Source: Candidatus Thorarchaeota archaeon (GTDB lineage Archaea; Asgardarchaeota; Thorarchaeia; Thorarchaeales; Thorarchaeaceae). From it: 45,701 nt of DNA. Made by a program: the position numbers and the translations under genes. This document shows, piece after piece, positions 27,292 to 37,502 of this stretch. The notes under the pieces are model-generated. The model was not told the DNA's origin. It did no database searches and saw only the letters and a list, made by a program, of their open reading frames with translations. Numbering within the stretch: position 1 is the first letter of the stretch; every line of letters starts with the position of its first letter. The stretch spans positions 1 through 45,701 of the forward strand of contig JAFGAR010000203.1 of assembly GCA_016933575.1 (NCBI GenBank), in the 5' to 3' direction.

Positions 27292-29469
27292 ATGAGAAGA
27301 ACAAGTAGATTAATGGCGCTCATATTTGTCGCGTTCATAATCCTAGGAAGTATACAATCACAACAAGTTACTCCAAATGTTATGGGTAACCAACCTATGA
27401 GCGCTCCACTAAGCATTCTGAGGACAGCAGCTTATGATTCACCAAACATCACTGCTTCGCTCTCTAGTCCAGCAAACGGAAGTACAGTATCAGGAACCTT
27501 TGATATAGTACTAGATATGACCAGTGATTTTGTAACACTTAATCTTACACTCTTCGTAGATGGTGCTATCTATCCAGCATATAACAATACTGCGATTATA
27601 GCTAGCTCGAGTTGGATAGAAACAATCAGTGTAGATTCCACCACCCTAAGTGAAGGAATGTTAAATTTCACAGTCCTCTTTGAAAACTTAGCAGAGAAGG
27701 AATCTGTCTATCTTCTTTATTTCGTAGACAATTCAGGTCCGAATTTTGAAGTGGCGTTGTACACACCAGCAAATCTCAGTACACTCAGTGGTATTGTAAG
27801 CATTGATCTCAACATCACATCGGACTATGATGTTCTAAATCTCACAGTCTTTGTTGATGGCGAAACTCAGTCGCCCTACACACCATTATTGATTGGTACT
27901 GGTAATGTGAGTGTAATTATTGACACAAGCTCGGTCATTGAAGGATTTGATAATTTCACATTATTCTTCGAATATGAAGTTCTTGCAACGCATTTCTCAT
28001 ATTCTTACTACCTTGTCTATCTAGTTGATAATGATGGAGTGCCAATTACGATTGACCATCAGAGTCCAGCTAATCAAAGCGAAGTATCAGGTGTTTTCAA
28101 TCTTACACTTATTATAGGTTCGGAGTATGATCCCCTCAACTTCACTTTATTTGTAGAAGGAGTCATTCCCTACTCTCAATACAACAACTCCCACATAGGT
28201 ATTAAGGATCAAATCATATCTATTAACACAACATACCTCGATGAAGGCGCACTGAACTTCACACTGTTGTTTGAATACAATGTCACAGGGGAAAATGCGC
28301 ATGTAACATATTATCTTATCTTCACTGTGAATAATTATGGAGCTCCTAACATTGTTATCCTAGCTCCAACCGAAGGAGAAACTGTTACAGGACTCTTTGA
28401 TATGTGGTTGAATATTACATCGTTGAATCCTGAATTGTATCTCAACATTACAATTGACCATACAATTACTTCTGAATTCAACGCCACTCCAATTGTTGCG
28501 GGAGCTTTCAATTATAGTCTAAATGCAAGTAGATATGAAAACGGAAACCATGCCATTATCATTACTGCTTACACATCAGAAGGAGCCTACATCACTATTA
28601 CTCGAAATGTCATCTTCTTGGATTACGTGAGAGTCTGGATATCTAGTCTAACAAGCTATAGTGTCATTAAAGGTGATACGGAATTCAATGTCCGTGTTGA
28701 AACACCATACGATAACATATCTCTCTCGCTCTATGTTGATGATGTTATCGCAGATGATGTTCAAAACATTACACTTGTGCAAGGAAGTAACACTATTAAT
28801 TTTGATACAACTCAATTCTCTGAAGGAGAACATAATGTAACTCTCAAAGCATATGATGACTTTGGTCATAAATGGGAGTTTACGATGGTCCTAGTAATCG
28901 ATAACTATGGACCACCAACACTACGATATGCTACAACAAATAGTGTAGTCACCGGATATGCGTCATTCACTCTCAATGTGGATTCGGATTGGAACTCTCT
29001 AGTGGCAGAAATCTTTGTTGATGATGTGATTGTATCCACTTACAACAATGTCACTGTAGATGTGAGCTCAGGAACATTTACCTTCCATATTGATGTTGGA
29101 GAATATAGTAAGACAGAACATACTGTGAGAGTCATAATGACGACTGAAGAAGGAGAGAGTGGGCAGACTGAACGTGTCTTCGGATTTGCATCATTCAGAA
29201 TTGAAGAGATCGCTAGCTTTGCAATTCTGCTTGGTCTAGGAATCATCATTCCCCTCTTTCGATGGAGGAAAGGGGCACCTCTGAAACCAGTGATTCTTCT
29301 AGATGCTGTATTTGCAATCGTGGTGATTGGAGCATTTCTTGTCCTAGGCATAAACACTGTGGCATTCTTCACCTGGCATTTCAATATGGCAAGTATCTGG
29401 GCAATAGGTGGAACTTTCGTATTTGCAAACTGGGCGCTCCCATTCATACTGGAAGAATCAGAGAAGTAA
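27292..29469 (+). CDS. Cell-surface glycoprotein with ~6 Ig-like beta-sandwich repeats and C-terminal multi-TM anchor
   Basis: Signal peptide; repeating 'SPANxSxVSG...NLTLFVDG...DTTxLxEG..NFT...VDN' units of ~95 aa; about 26 N-x-S/T sequons counted by eye; 3 terminal TM helices. Confidence 0.8.
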   Translation: MRRTSRLMALIFVAFIILGSIQSQQVTPNVMGNQPMSAPLSILRTAAYDSPNITASLSSPANGSTVSGTFDIVLDMTSDFVTLNLTLFVDGAIYPAYNNTAIIASSSWIETISVDSTTLSEGMLNFTVLFENLAEKESVYLLYFVDNSGPNFEVALYTPANLSTLSGIVSIDLNITSDYDVLNLTVFVDGETQSPYTPLLIGTGNVSVIIDTSSVIEGFDNFTLFFEYEVLATHFSYSYYLVYLVDNDGVPITIDHQSPANQSEVSGVFNLTLIIGSEYDPLNFTLFVEGVIPYSQYNNSHIGIKDQIISINTTYLDEGALNFTLLFEYNVTGENAHVTYYLIFTVNNYGAPNIVILAPTEGETVTGLFDMWLNITSLNPELYLNITIDHTITSEFNATPIVAGAFNYSLNASRYENGNHAIIITAYTSEGAYITITRNVIFLDYVRVWISSLTSYSVIKGDTEFNVRVETPYDNISLSLYVDDVIADDVQNITLVQGSNTINFDTTQFSEGEHNVTLKAYDDFGHKWEFTMVLVIDNYGPPTLRYATTNSVVTGYASFTLNVDSDWNSLVAEIFVDDVIVSTYNNVTVDVSSGTFTFHIDVGEYSKTEHTVRVIMTTEEGESGQTERVFGFASFRIEEIASFAILLGLGIIIPLFRWRKGAPLKPVILLDAVFAIVVIGAFLVLGINTVAFFTWHFNMASIWAIGGTFVFANWALPFILEESEK

Positions 29470-29476
29470 ATTAGCC

Positions 29477-30340
29477 TTAGATTAATCTGGTCACAGGGAT
29501 ATCTGTTGACAATTCAGAGGACCATTTGGAAAGTGTGGAATACACTTCTAATTGGTCCTTTGGAATCATTGTTTCAACACTCTTGACTTTCCAAGAAGAT
29601 GCGCTTAAGGCAGTTCGAGATATGACAATATCAGATGACCCAATACCTCTCTTTGTGATATCTGCAACAAATACTGCAGATTTAGAATCTTTCTTGGTTA
29701 TCGCACCAATACCTATGAGTTTGTCATCTTGTTGAAACTCGAAGATCTTTCCAACAAATCTCCCATCAATGATATCTGCAGCAAGCTCTGCAAAAGCTCC
29801 AGGATATGCAATGTGAGAGAATTTCAGTGAGGCAGGCAATTTTCGCAAATCTTTCAATTGATTGGTTTTAATCTTTGTTGTCTTTCGTGTAGGTATCTTG
29901 CCAAGGGGTGATTTCAGCTTTGCAATTGAACCTCGTGCAAAGTATTTGACCTTCATCCAATAATTATACGAAGCAGGAGGAGTAGTCGCTATAACACGAG
30001 CAACATTCTTCGATTTCATCACTTTTTCTGCTGCTTGCGTCAATTGAGTTCCAACTGTGGTCTTCTGATTTCTGACGTCGACATCAAGATTCCGGATTAT
30101 GCCAATTTTACCAGAGATGGGATTCTTCTCGATTCGAAAGACAATCTCTCCGATTACTCGACCCTTTTCCTCAGCAACTAACCAACCCCATCGCTCAAAG
30201 GCAGCTCCACGATGTTCGTCTTTTACATGTTCCACTGTTGTATAGCCGCCTTCTCTGATACGATAGAACCAACGTGTGCCTTGATAGACTTCAAGGAGGT
30301 CTGTGCAGTCCTTCATCATACCTTGACGAATCTTGACCAT
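29477..30340 (-). CDS. GNAT-family acetyltransferase with a second, degenerate GNAT-like domain
   Basis: 'WLVAEEKGRVIG', 'IRNLDV..RNQKTTVGTQL'; Lys-rich C-terminal half with 'KLIGIG'. Confidence 0.7.
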   Translation of the reverse strand: MVKIRQGMMKDCTDLLEVYQGTRWFYRIREGGYTTVEHVKDEHRGAAFERWGWLVAEEKGRVIGEIVFRIEKNPISGKIGIIRNLDVDVRNQKTTVGTQLTQAAEKVMKSKNVARVIATTPPASYNYWMKVKYFARGSIAKLKSPLGKIPTRKTTKIKTNQLKDLRKLPASLKFSHIAYPGAFAELAADIIDGRFVGKIFEFQQDDKLIGIGAITKKDSKSAVFVADITKRGIGSSDIVISRTALSASSWKVKSVETMIPKDQLEVYSTLSKWSSELSTDIPVTRLI

Positions 30341-30411
30341 TCTTAACGCCTCGGACTATTGGTTAATATTCTTAGGAGTGATGAAAATAAAAGGATGTAA
30401 GACAAAACCAC

Positions 30412-31344
30412 CTAATTCAGAAGTGAATCACTGAGCTGTATGCACATCTCGGAAATTCTTCTTGCACTTGTTCCGAATAGATAGAGAATAGGCTCAATAC
30501 CAATTCCTCCGGGAACATGAATGGCGGGGCAACTTGCGTTCTTAGTTGGCAATTTCTTCATAGCTGTAAGGGAATGAATGATCTTGGACGGATCAATCTC
30601 GGGTTCCTCAGTGGAGACTACATGAAATCCGACACCAGTAGCAGCTTTCATTATTGAAGAATGACCACTGACGCATAGACATGCAGTAGTTTTTGGCCAG
30701 ACATCTCTCACTCTCAGAAGCAATTCAGCTGTGTGTCTTGAAGCGCCGAATTCGGGTCCAATGAGTGCTAGAGCTCGACCACCAACAATCGTAATTCTAC
30801 CAGGAACTCCAGCAACATCTTCAATGGTTCTTGATGTCTTATGACATGCAACAAGATTAGCTCGTACTTGAGGTACAATCCTCTCAAAGGTTATTGAAGA
30901 TTCAATTGCATAAAGTGCATCCTGCATATCACGGATTACTTCTGCTCGCTCAGATAGATTGTTATCGTGACCACCAAGGAGTTCTGAGCATATCTGACAA
31001 TTAGCGTCCTTTAATGATCCAATATTCTTTTGGTGAATCTTGCATATGGTAAATCCTAGTCGTGAATACATGCATGCTGAACAGAGTTCCTTAACGATTT
31101 TATCAGCGGTAATTTCTTGATTCAGTACCATTGAAGTCAATCTGTCGACAAGCTTGTTTATTTCACCTGTCAATTCAGTGTCCGAAGACTTTTGAGCTAG
31201 GTACTTGCTAACAGCTGCTTGTGTAACATTCATGCGGGAAGCTATCTCTATTTGAGAGAGCCCAGCGTTTCTAAGAGACTTTGCTAGTTTTGTTCGAACC
31301 TCAGGAAGGAATTCTCTGTGGACAACTTCACATGGAGGACGCAT
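30412..31344 (-). CDS. thiR: Thiamine-responsive regulator (HTH + ThiN-like domain)
   Basis: MRPPCE + HTH 'LSQIEIASRMNVTQAAVSKYL', a Cys cluster, and a ThiN domain 'VPQVRANL...DVAGVPGRI...PEFGASRH...GGIGIEP'; divergent from thiBPQ. Confidence 0.85.
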   Translation of the reverse strand: MRPPCEVVHREFLPEVRTKLAKSLRNAGLSQIEIASRMNVTQAAVSKYLAQKSSDTELTGEINKLVDRLTSMVLNQEITADKIVKELCSACMYSRLGFTICKIHQKNIGSLKDANCQICSELLGGHDNNLSERAEVIRDMQDALYAIESSITFERIVPQVRANLVACHKTSRTIEDVAGVPGRITIVGGRALALIGPEFGASRHTAELLLRVRDVWPKTTACLCVSGHSSIMKAATGVGFHVVSTEEPEIDPSKIIHSLTAMKKLPTKNASCPAIHVPGGIGIEPILYLFGTSARRISEMCIQLSDSLLN

Positions 31345-31363
31345 TGTTATTCCTCAGTGTAGA

Positions 31364-31392
31364 TTATAACACCATTATATAAAGTGTTATAA
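31364..31392. promoter_or_regulatory. Candidate ThiR operator bracketing the TATA box of the thiR/thiBPQ divergon
   Basis: Perfect inverted repeat TTATAACAC-N11-GTGTTATAA whose spacer contains TTATATAAA. Confidence 0.8.
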
Positions 31393-31430
31393 GAATGCTT
31401 TGATTGTGTGTCAGTCAGGCGGTCATTGGT

Positions 31431-32555
31431 ATGAGTGAATATCCTGTCCGAAGAGACCCAAAGAAGATTCTCGGAGTCATTGCAATTGTCGTCATATTAG
31501 TTGTTGCAACATATGGGATTCTAACTTATTGGAAACCAAGATTTGTAGTCTATACTTACAGCAGTTTCATGGACTGGGGGGATGAAGGAGCAGATGTTGT
31601 TCTTAATCGTGCTTTTGCTCCCTTTGAAGAAATGTATGGGATAGAGATCGATTTTGTAATTCTTGAAGGAGATGCAAATTTCATTGTATCAAAACTGAAT
31701 GCGGAAGCAGCAAATCCAGTAGCAGATGTAATAATTGGTATTGATAACATTCTCATTCTTCAAGAATCTGCACGTAATGTTCTAGAACCATACATCTCAC
31801 CAAATCTAGCGTTGATTAACAAAACCTTGGTGAATGCGCTTGATACAAATCATTATCTCACGCCATTCGACTTTGGTCTTGTAACATTAATCTATTCGAT
31901 GAATACAATCAATACGACTACGAATCCTGAATTAGCAAACTTGACTTTCTCAGACCTTGCTGATCCGGAACTTGCCTCTGCTCTTGTTACTGAAGATCCT
32001 AATCTAAGCAGCCCAGGGCTCTCATTCTTTTTATCGCAGATTGCAATTTATGAAAAGATACTTGACACAGATTGGACTACATGGTGGGATACTGTAGAGG
32101 AGAATATTGATGTTGAAGAGGGATGGACTGAAGCATGGTCAGCTTGGTCTTCAGACCCGTCAAAGCATCTTCTCGTGAGCTATGGAACAGATCCTGCATA
32201 CTCAGCCTATTATTCGGGGACATCTCCTGATACAGCAATTGCTCCATTCTATTACAATAATGAACATTGGGCATGGATGCAGGTTGAGGGCGTCGGTCTT
32301 GTTAAGAATGGACCGAATCCAGAACTTGGAAAGGCTTTCATTGATTATTGCCTAAATCAATCAGTACAACAAGAAGTCGCTCTCAATCAATGGATGTTTC
32401 CAGTCAGGGCTGACTTGCCACTGCCAAGTGTTTTTGATTATGCCATTCATCCAGATGAGATCAGCGTGTTGAACACCTTACTTAATAGCACGGAGATTGC
32501 AACCAATCTTCAGACCTGGCTTCAGCAATACAATTCAGTCATGACACCAGGATGA
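31431..32555 (+). CDS. thiB: Thiamine ABC transporter substrate-binding protein
   Basis: VYTYSSF..WG, ADVIIGIDN, PFDFG, SSPGLSF, GWTEAW, VSYGTDPAY, QVEG and QWMFP. Likely ATG at 31431 (track start 31404). Confidence 0.92.
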   Translation: MSEYPVRRDPKKILGVIAIVVILVVATYGILTYWKPRFVVYTYSSFMDWGDEGADVVLNRAFAPFEEMYGIEIDFVILEGDANFIVSKLNAEAANPVADVIIGIDNILILQESARNVLEPYISPNLALINKTLVNALDTNHYLTPFDFGLVTLIYSMNTINTTTNPELANLTFSDLADPELASALVTEDPNLSSPGLSFFLSQIAIYEKILDTDWTTWWDTVEENIDVEEGWTEAWSAWSSDPSKHLLVSYGTDPAYSAYYSGTSPDTAIAPFYYNNEHWAWMQVEGVGLVKNGPNPELGKAFIDYCLNQSVQQEVALNQWMFPVRADLPLPSVFDYAIHPDEISVLNTLLNSTEIATNLQTWLQQYNSVMTPG

Positions 32556-32567
32556 GAGGAACAATCA

Positions 32568-34208
32568 GTGACGATTCATAACAAGGGAAGATATGTTATA
32601 CTGGCTTTTCCATTCATCCTACTATCAATATTCATACTTTACCCTGTTGTAAGAGTGATTATAGAGGGGCTTCTATTCGGAACCGGTCTTAATTTTCTGG
32701 AATCAATTTCCTATAACTCCAATTATCTCAGTTTTACATTTTTCCAAGCTTTGGCAAGCACTCTATTATCCGTTATAGTAGGTCTTCCAGGTGCAATATT
32801 ACTGGCACGTTTGAAATTCAGAGGAAAATCTCTAGTTAGAGCACTTATCGTTGTACCGTTTGTATTGCCGCCGATTGTTGTTGTCATTGGTTTCATGCAA
32901 ATGTTCGGGTCATACGGTGTTATCGATTCGATTCTCATGAGTATTCTTCAGACTACAGATTCTGTCATGAACCTAGCAACTGATATTCCAGGTATCATTC
33001 TTGCTCACACCTTCTACAACGCGCCCCTAGTGATTCTGCTAGTATCTGCTTCGATGGAGAGAATGAATCCTGAAATAGAGGAGGCTGCGGATATTCTTGG
33101 GGCTGATTCTTTACAACGATTTCGACGAATAACATGGCCTCATATCATGCCCTCACTTGCCGCAGCAGCCATACTAACATTTCTCTTCTGTTTCATGTCA
33201 TTTCCAATTGTTCTAGCGTTTGGACATGGAACCTATAGGACTATCGAAGTTCAAATATGGAATGCCTTTAGATGGTCAGATTATAGTCAGGCCAGTTCTC
33301 TTGCACTTGTACAACTTGCGTTTACGATAACTCTAGCTATTGCATATATGAAAATAGGAAGGGAGAAAGGAGATAGTTCAGGCCCGACAGCATCCATAAA
33401 AACATCTAGCTTGCGAAACTATGGAAACGGTGAGATTGCCCTAATTATTATGTATCTCCTTGCGATGTTAATTCTCGTTGCTGGACCAATCATCTCAATA
33501 GTAAGGGCATCAATTTTTGATCCCGTTTCGCAACAATACACCTTGGATGGATTTCTCTATTTATTTAGCATGGATTCTGGAGGTGGCGTTCGTCCATTAA
33601 TCAACTCCCTCTTCTATGGTGGCGTAGCAACACTACTATCCGTGGTTCTAGGCATTCCTCTTGCCTATGCTCACAGATCAAAAGTACAGGGATTGCCATC
33701 TCTATCATCGATGATGGTGCTATTACCACTTGGCGTGTCTTCAATCACTATTGCATATGGTCTCATGACAGCCATTGCTGTGCCCACGGGTCTTAATATT
33801 AATCCGTGGCCAATCATTGTAATCGCACAGACTATGATTGGCCTTCCCTTTACAACAAGATCCATAGAGATTGCACTCAGGAATATCGATCCAAATTTAA
33901 TCGACCAAGCTGATTCACTTGGGGCCTCACGACTGCAGAGGCTATTTTTTGTTGAACTCCCTCTAATTGTACCAGGTATACTTGTAGGAGCTGTCTTTGC
34001 CTTTGCTATGGCAATAGGCGAAATGTCAGCTACATTGTTTATTGCACTTCCTCAGAACTATACTTTAGCTGTCGCAATCTATGATAATTTAGGAGTAAGG
34101 AAGTTTGTAGAAGCCGGGGCTTCTGCATTAGTCTTGGTAATATTATGCATTCTAGCTTTTCTTACGATGGAGAGAATCTCTGAAGGAAGCACTGGAGGAG
34201 CACTATAA
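32568..34208 (+). CDS. thiP: Thiamine ABC transporter permease (two BPD_transp_1 domains)
   Basis: FTFFQALAST, PFVLP, LAHTFYN and two EAA loops (EEAADILGA; DQADSLGA). Confidence 0.92.
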   Translation: MTIHNKGRYVILAFPFILLSIFILYPVVRVIIEGLLFGTGLNFLESISYNSNYLSFTFFQALASTLLSVIVGLPGAILLARLKFRGKSLVRALIVVPFVLPPIVVVIGFMQMFGSYGVIDSILMSILQTTDSVMNLATDIPGIILAHTFYNAPLVILLVSASMERMNPEIEEAADILGADSLQRFRRITWPHIMPSLAAAAILTFLFCFMSFPIVLAFGHGTYRTIEVQIWNAFRWSDYSQASSLALVQLAFTITLAIAYMKIGREKGDSSGPTASIKTSSLRNYGNGEIALIIMYLLAMLILVAGPIISIVRASIFDPVSQQYTLDGFLYLFSMDSGGGVRPLINSLFYGGVATLLSVVLGIPLAYAHRSKVQGLPSLSSMMVLLPLGVSSITIAYGLMTAIAVPTGLNINPWPIIVIAQTMIGLPFTTRSIEIALRNIDPNLIDQADSLGASRLQRLFFVELPLIVPGILVGAVFAFAMAIGEMSATLFIALPQNYTLAVAIYDNLGVRKFVEAGASALVLVILCILAFLTMERISEGSTGGAL

Positions 34209-35269
34209 TGGCGAATGTGGAATTAAGAGGGCTCGTGAGAGCTTTTCCAGATGGAACACGAATTGGACCAGTGAATCTTGAAGTCCAGGATGGTGAGTTA
34301 ATGACGCTTCTCGGTCCAAGTGGTTCAGGCAAGACAACTACACTCAGAATGATTGCGGGGTTCATTGATGTCGATGATGGCGAACTTCTATTTGATACAT
34401 CTAACGTGATTGATATTCCACCCCGTGAGAGGAATATAGGTATGGTCTTCCAATCAGTTGCATTATTCCCAAACATGACAGTGTACCAAAACATCGCATT
34501 TGGACCTGAAATGGCAGAATGGGAACGTAAAGACACTATAGAAAGAGTTGAGGAACTTGCAGAACTATTAGGTATACGTCACCTTCTCATGAGACGGACC
34601 AGTGAAATTAGCGGAGGAGAGGCCCAACGTGTGGCGGTGGCTCGTGCGCTAGCCAAGAGACCTAATTTACTTCTGTTGGATGAACCATTATCTGCCTTAG
34701 ATCCACAACTTCGTGAACATCTACAAACTGAGATTAGACATATACAGAAGAAATTGGGAATCACTACAATATATGTTACACATAGTCAGGATGAAGCATT
34801 TGCTATCTCAGACCGTGTTGCTATCATTGATGATGGTAGAATTGTACAAGTTGGAACACCAGAGGAACTCTATGATAGACCTGCAAACGAGTTTGTTGCC
34901 AGGTTTCTTGGGAGTGGAAATGTCCTTGAAGGGGTTGTGATGAAAAATGAGGGAGGAAAACAATGTATGGATATCAAAGGGCTAGAGATACCAATTTCTG
35001 GAGAACACATCTTAGGACAAACAATCAAGCTCAGTGTAAAACCAGAGGATATCTCGATATCCACAAAGAACATCCCAACGAATGGTTCTGGAAAGATAAT
35101 CTCAATCATTCCTCAAGTTGGGTCATTCAAGGTAACTCTTGATTTTCATGGAATACCGATTATTGCATTGACATATGATGAAAACCTAGTGAAATTACTT
35201 CGAAAGTATGGAGATAGACTTGTGTCATTCTCATTTGACCCTGAACTAGCTGTCATCCTCAAGGGCTAG
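34208..35269 (+). CDS. thiQ: ABC transporter ATP-binding subunit (thiamine)
   Basis: GPSGSGKT, ISGGEAQR, LLLDEP and VTH motifs; coupled to thiP (TAATG). Confidence 0.9.
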   Translation: MANVELRGLVRAFPDGTRIGPVNLEVQDGELMTLLGPSGSGKTTTLRMIAGFIDVDDGELLFDTSNVIDIPPRERNIGMVFQSVALFPNMTVYQNIAFGPEMAEWERKDTIERVEELAELLGIRHLLMRRTSEISGGEAQRVAVARALAKRPNLLLLDEPLSALDPQLREHLQTEIRHIQKKLGITTIYVTHSQDEAFAISDRVAIIDDGRIVQVGTPEELYDRPANEFVARFLGSGNVLEGVVMKNEGGKQCMDIKGLEIPISGEHILGQTIKLSVKPEDISISTKNIPTNGSGKIISIIPQVGSFKVTLDFHGIPIIALTYDENLVKLLRKYGDRLVSFSFDPELAVILKG

Positions 35270-36310
35270 TTCAGATTCTTCTAATAATTCTGGTTCATTA
35301 TCATCGTCAGTTTCAACTTCAGATATTACGTCAAGGGAAGACGAGATAGTGTCCTCGAGGTGAGGTTCTGATTCGATGATGTCAGCAAGCACTGGGGTCA
35401 TTATGAGATTTCGATCAACCAGTGATATCACACGATCTCGAATATAATCGGAGGATGATAGTATATCCGGCACCTCGTATTTTGCACTGAGGCACTCCAT
35501 CATTGAAGATGTGGCTTTATTCCTGAAATAAATAAAGACTAGTGTAAAATTGAGTACTATGGAGAATAGTGGACCGAGGGGGATGAGAATGATGAATACA
35601 GGTAACCATGGTGCTGACGGACCAACACTTATTGTGAGTTCGAGGAGGAGGAATAGGATGTCGACTCCAGCAAAGAACTCTAGTATATCTTCTAAGTCAT
35701 CACCAACATTGCTTAGGGATCTATCACGTTCATCAAGATGAAAGAGACCGGAGTCTTTCATAAGCCATGGACCAAAATAGAATTCCATCACTGTGAAAGG
35801 GAGTACGATTATACTTGCCAACATGAGAAAAGTGCCGCTGGGAATGATTTCTTCAGCATTGGCTACCATGAGGTCGAATCCAAGAATCGTTAATGAAATT
35901 CCAACGACGAGGATTGACCCATAGAGTGATCGGCGAAGTACAACGCTCAAGCCTTGTTCGGGGGTTTCAGGACTTAGAAAGTACTCGCCCGTATTTCGCT
36001 TGGCAAAATGATGAATTTTCAGAGGCAGACTCACAATTCGAGGCCAACGTGTCATTCCAAGACAAATAAGTATGGCAATCACAATCGAAAGGGCAGAGGC
36101 AAAGAGCATATACAAAGTATAAGGAACTATTTTACTCAAATCGACAGGATAGACTTGAACAAAATTCAGGAGCGATAGAACACCCCAGGTTGAACCAATC
36201 ATAATTAGTGTTGATGCAAACAGTCCTAGCAGGATCTGTTTGTTAGTCAATCTATCGGTTTCTTCGAAGTGCTGAGTAAACAAACGAATTGATTCTGACC
36301 TACTTGCCAT
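35246..36310 (-). CDS. Hypothetical multi-pass membrane protein with acidic C-tail
   Basis: About 6 hydrophobic segments. Likely start MASRSES at 36310 (track start 36349). Its 3' end overlaps thiQ by 24 bp. Confidence 0.75.
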   Translation of the reverse strand: MASRSESIRLFTQHFEETDRLTNKQILLGLFASTLIMIGSTWGVLSLLNFVQVYPVDLSKIVPYTLYMLFASALSIVIAILICLGMTRWPRIVSLPLKIHHFAKRNTGEYFLSPETPEQGLSVVLRRSLYGSILVVGISLTILGFDLMVANAEEIIPSGTFLMLASIIVLPFTVMEFYFGPWLMKDSGLFHLDERDRSLSNVGDDLEDILEFFAGVDILFLLLELTISVGPSAPWLPVFIILIPLGPLFSIVLNFTLVFIYFRNKATSSMMECLSAKYEVPDILSSSDYIRDRVISLVDRNLIMTPVLADIIESEPHLEDTISSSLDVISEVETDDDNEPELLEESELALEDDS

Positions 36311-36546
36311 TGCAACTAACCAAAAAATATGAATGCAGACCTTATTCATAAGGATATTTCACATTGATTCAGGTCTATTAATAGGAAATGACGCTAAATA
36401 GTTCTAAATGTGTTATTGATATCTAGCACAATAACAATCATATAGCACAAACAGCGATTAAGCTGTGTGCTGGCAAAGTATCAAGACATGTGTTTTGATG
36501 CACCGCTTTGCAGTAAACAAGATTAACAGTCGCGTAGTGATTGATT

Positions 36547-37461
36547 ATGGTTATAGGTTACGAGGTTCTGGAAGATGGAACCCTAAATGAAATAGAGCTG
36601 TCAAAGGATGAGTTGAATTCATCACTCGTAGTATGCGTTGTTGATGATGAAACTAAAAGCATCTATCTCTGGAAGGGAAGTCAAGCAGGTGTTAGAGTGA
36701 AATTCATTGGTGCACGAGTCGCCACGAATCTCAGAACAGAGTATGGATTTCATTTCAAAGTTAGGCCTCTTGATGAGGGAGAAGAACCCCCGACTTTCTT
36801 CTCAGCTCTGAATGGAACGACAGCAGCCACACGTGTGATGAAGCCGGGTGATAAAGCACCACCTCCAGCTCCTCCAAAACCGAAAAAAGAAACAGAAATC
36901 ACTGCAACCACTACACCGCCTCCAACACCAAAAATTACAGAACCAGTAACGACAACAGTCACTGAAACGACTTCACCACCACCAAGGCCGCAAACAACAA
37001 CACAACCAAGAACAGCTCCACCTTCAACAGTAGCAACCAGACCCCCTGCAGCTCAAGGAGAGATTGCAGAGATGCTAAAAGAACTTGAAACTGTAGATCC
37101 ACCAGAAGGGTATCAGAGAGAGCTTGTAATTGTCTATAATGATCTTTATACAATTGCAGAACACAAGACCGCTGTCTTTGGTCAAGAAAAAATTGAGAGA
37201 AGAATTGAGAAAGTCAAAGATCCTCCAGAGGGTACTTTCATGGCGGAAGGATTCATTCCAAGAGTTATCGTCAAAGACGGAAGAGTGCTTGGAATTGAAT
37301 TGCTGAAAGGTACTCCGGATGCTATTCTAAGCCCCATTAAGGCTGAGATGAAGGAACGACTGAGTGACCTGATAACCTTCTTCAAATCCGAAACCGAAGA
37401 AGGCGATAAAGCAAGTGCTTCAGGGAAGACCAAGAAAGGCAAGAAATTGGTTGCCAAATAA
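36547..37461 (+). CDS. Gelsolin-like domain protein with Pro/Thr-rich linker and C-terminal domain of unknown function
   Basis: 'ELNSSLVVCVVDDETKSIYLWKGSQA...KFIGARVA...LDEGEEPPTFF' matches the gelsolin-repeat pattern (L.S..V.hhD....IYhW.G......EG.EP..F). Likely ATG at 36547. Confidence 0.8.
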   Translation: MVIGYEVLEDGTLNEIELSKDELNSSLVVCVVDDETKSIYLWKGSQAGVRVKFIGARVATNLRTEYGFHFKVRPLDEGEEPPTFFSALNGTTAATRVMKPGDKAPPPAPPKPKKETEITATTTPPPTPKITEPVTTTVTETTSPPPRPQTTTQPRTAPPSTVATRPPAAQGEIAEMLKELETVDPPEGYQRELVIVYNDLYTIAEHKTAVFGQEKIERRIEKVKDPPEGTFMAEGFIPRVIVKDGRVLGIELLKGTPDAILSPIKAEMKERLSDLITFFKSETEEGDKASASGKTKKGKKLVAK

Positions 37462-37502
37462 TTTCACAAAATAGAATATGAAATAACAAGAGGGAACAAG
37501 TT

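Noticed and set aside
36820-37055. Low-complexity ACC/ACA/CCA-rich tract
   Set aside because: It encodes the Pro/Thr linker of the gelsolin-domain protein and is not an independent repeat element.
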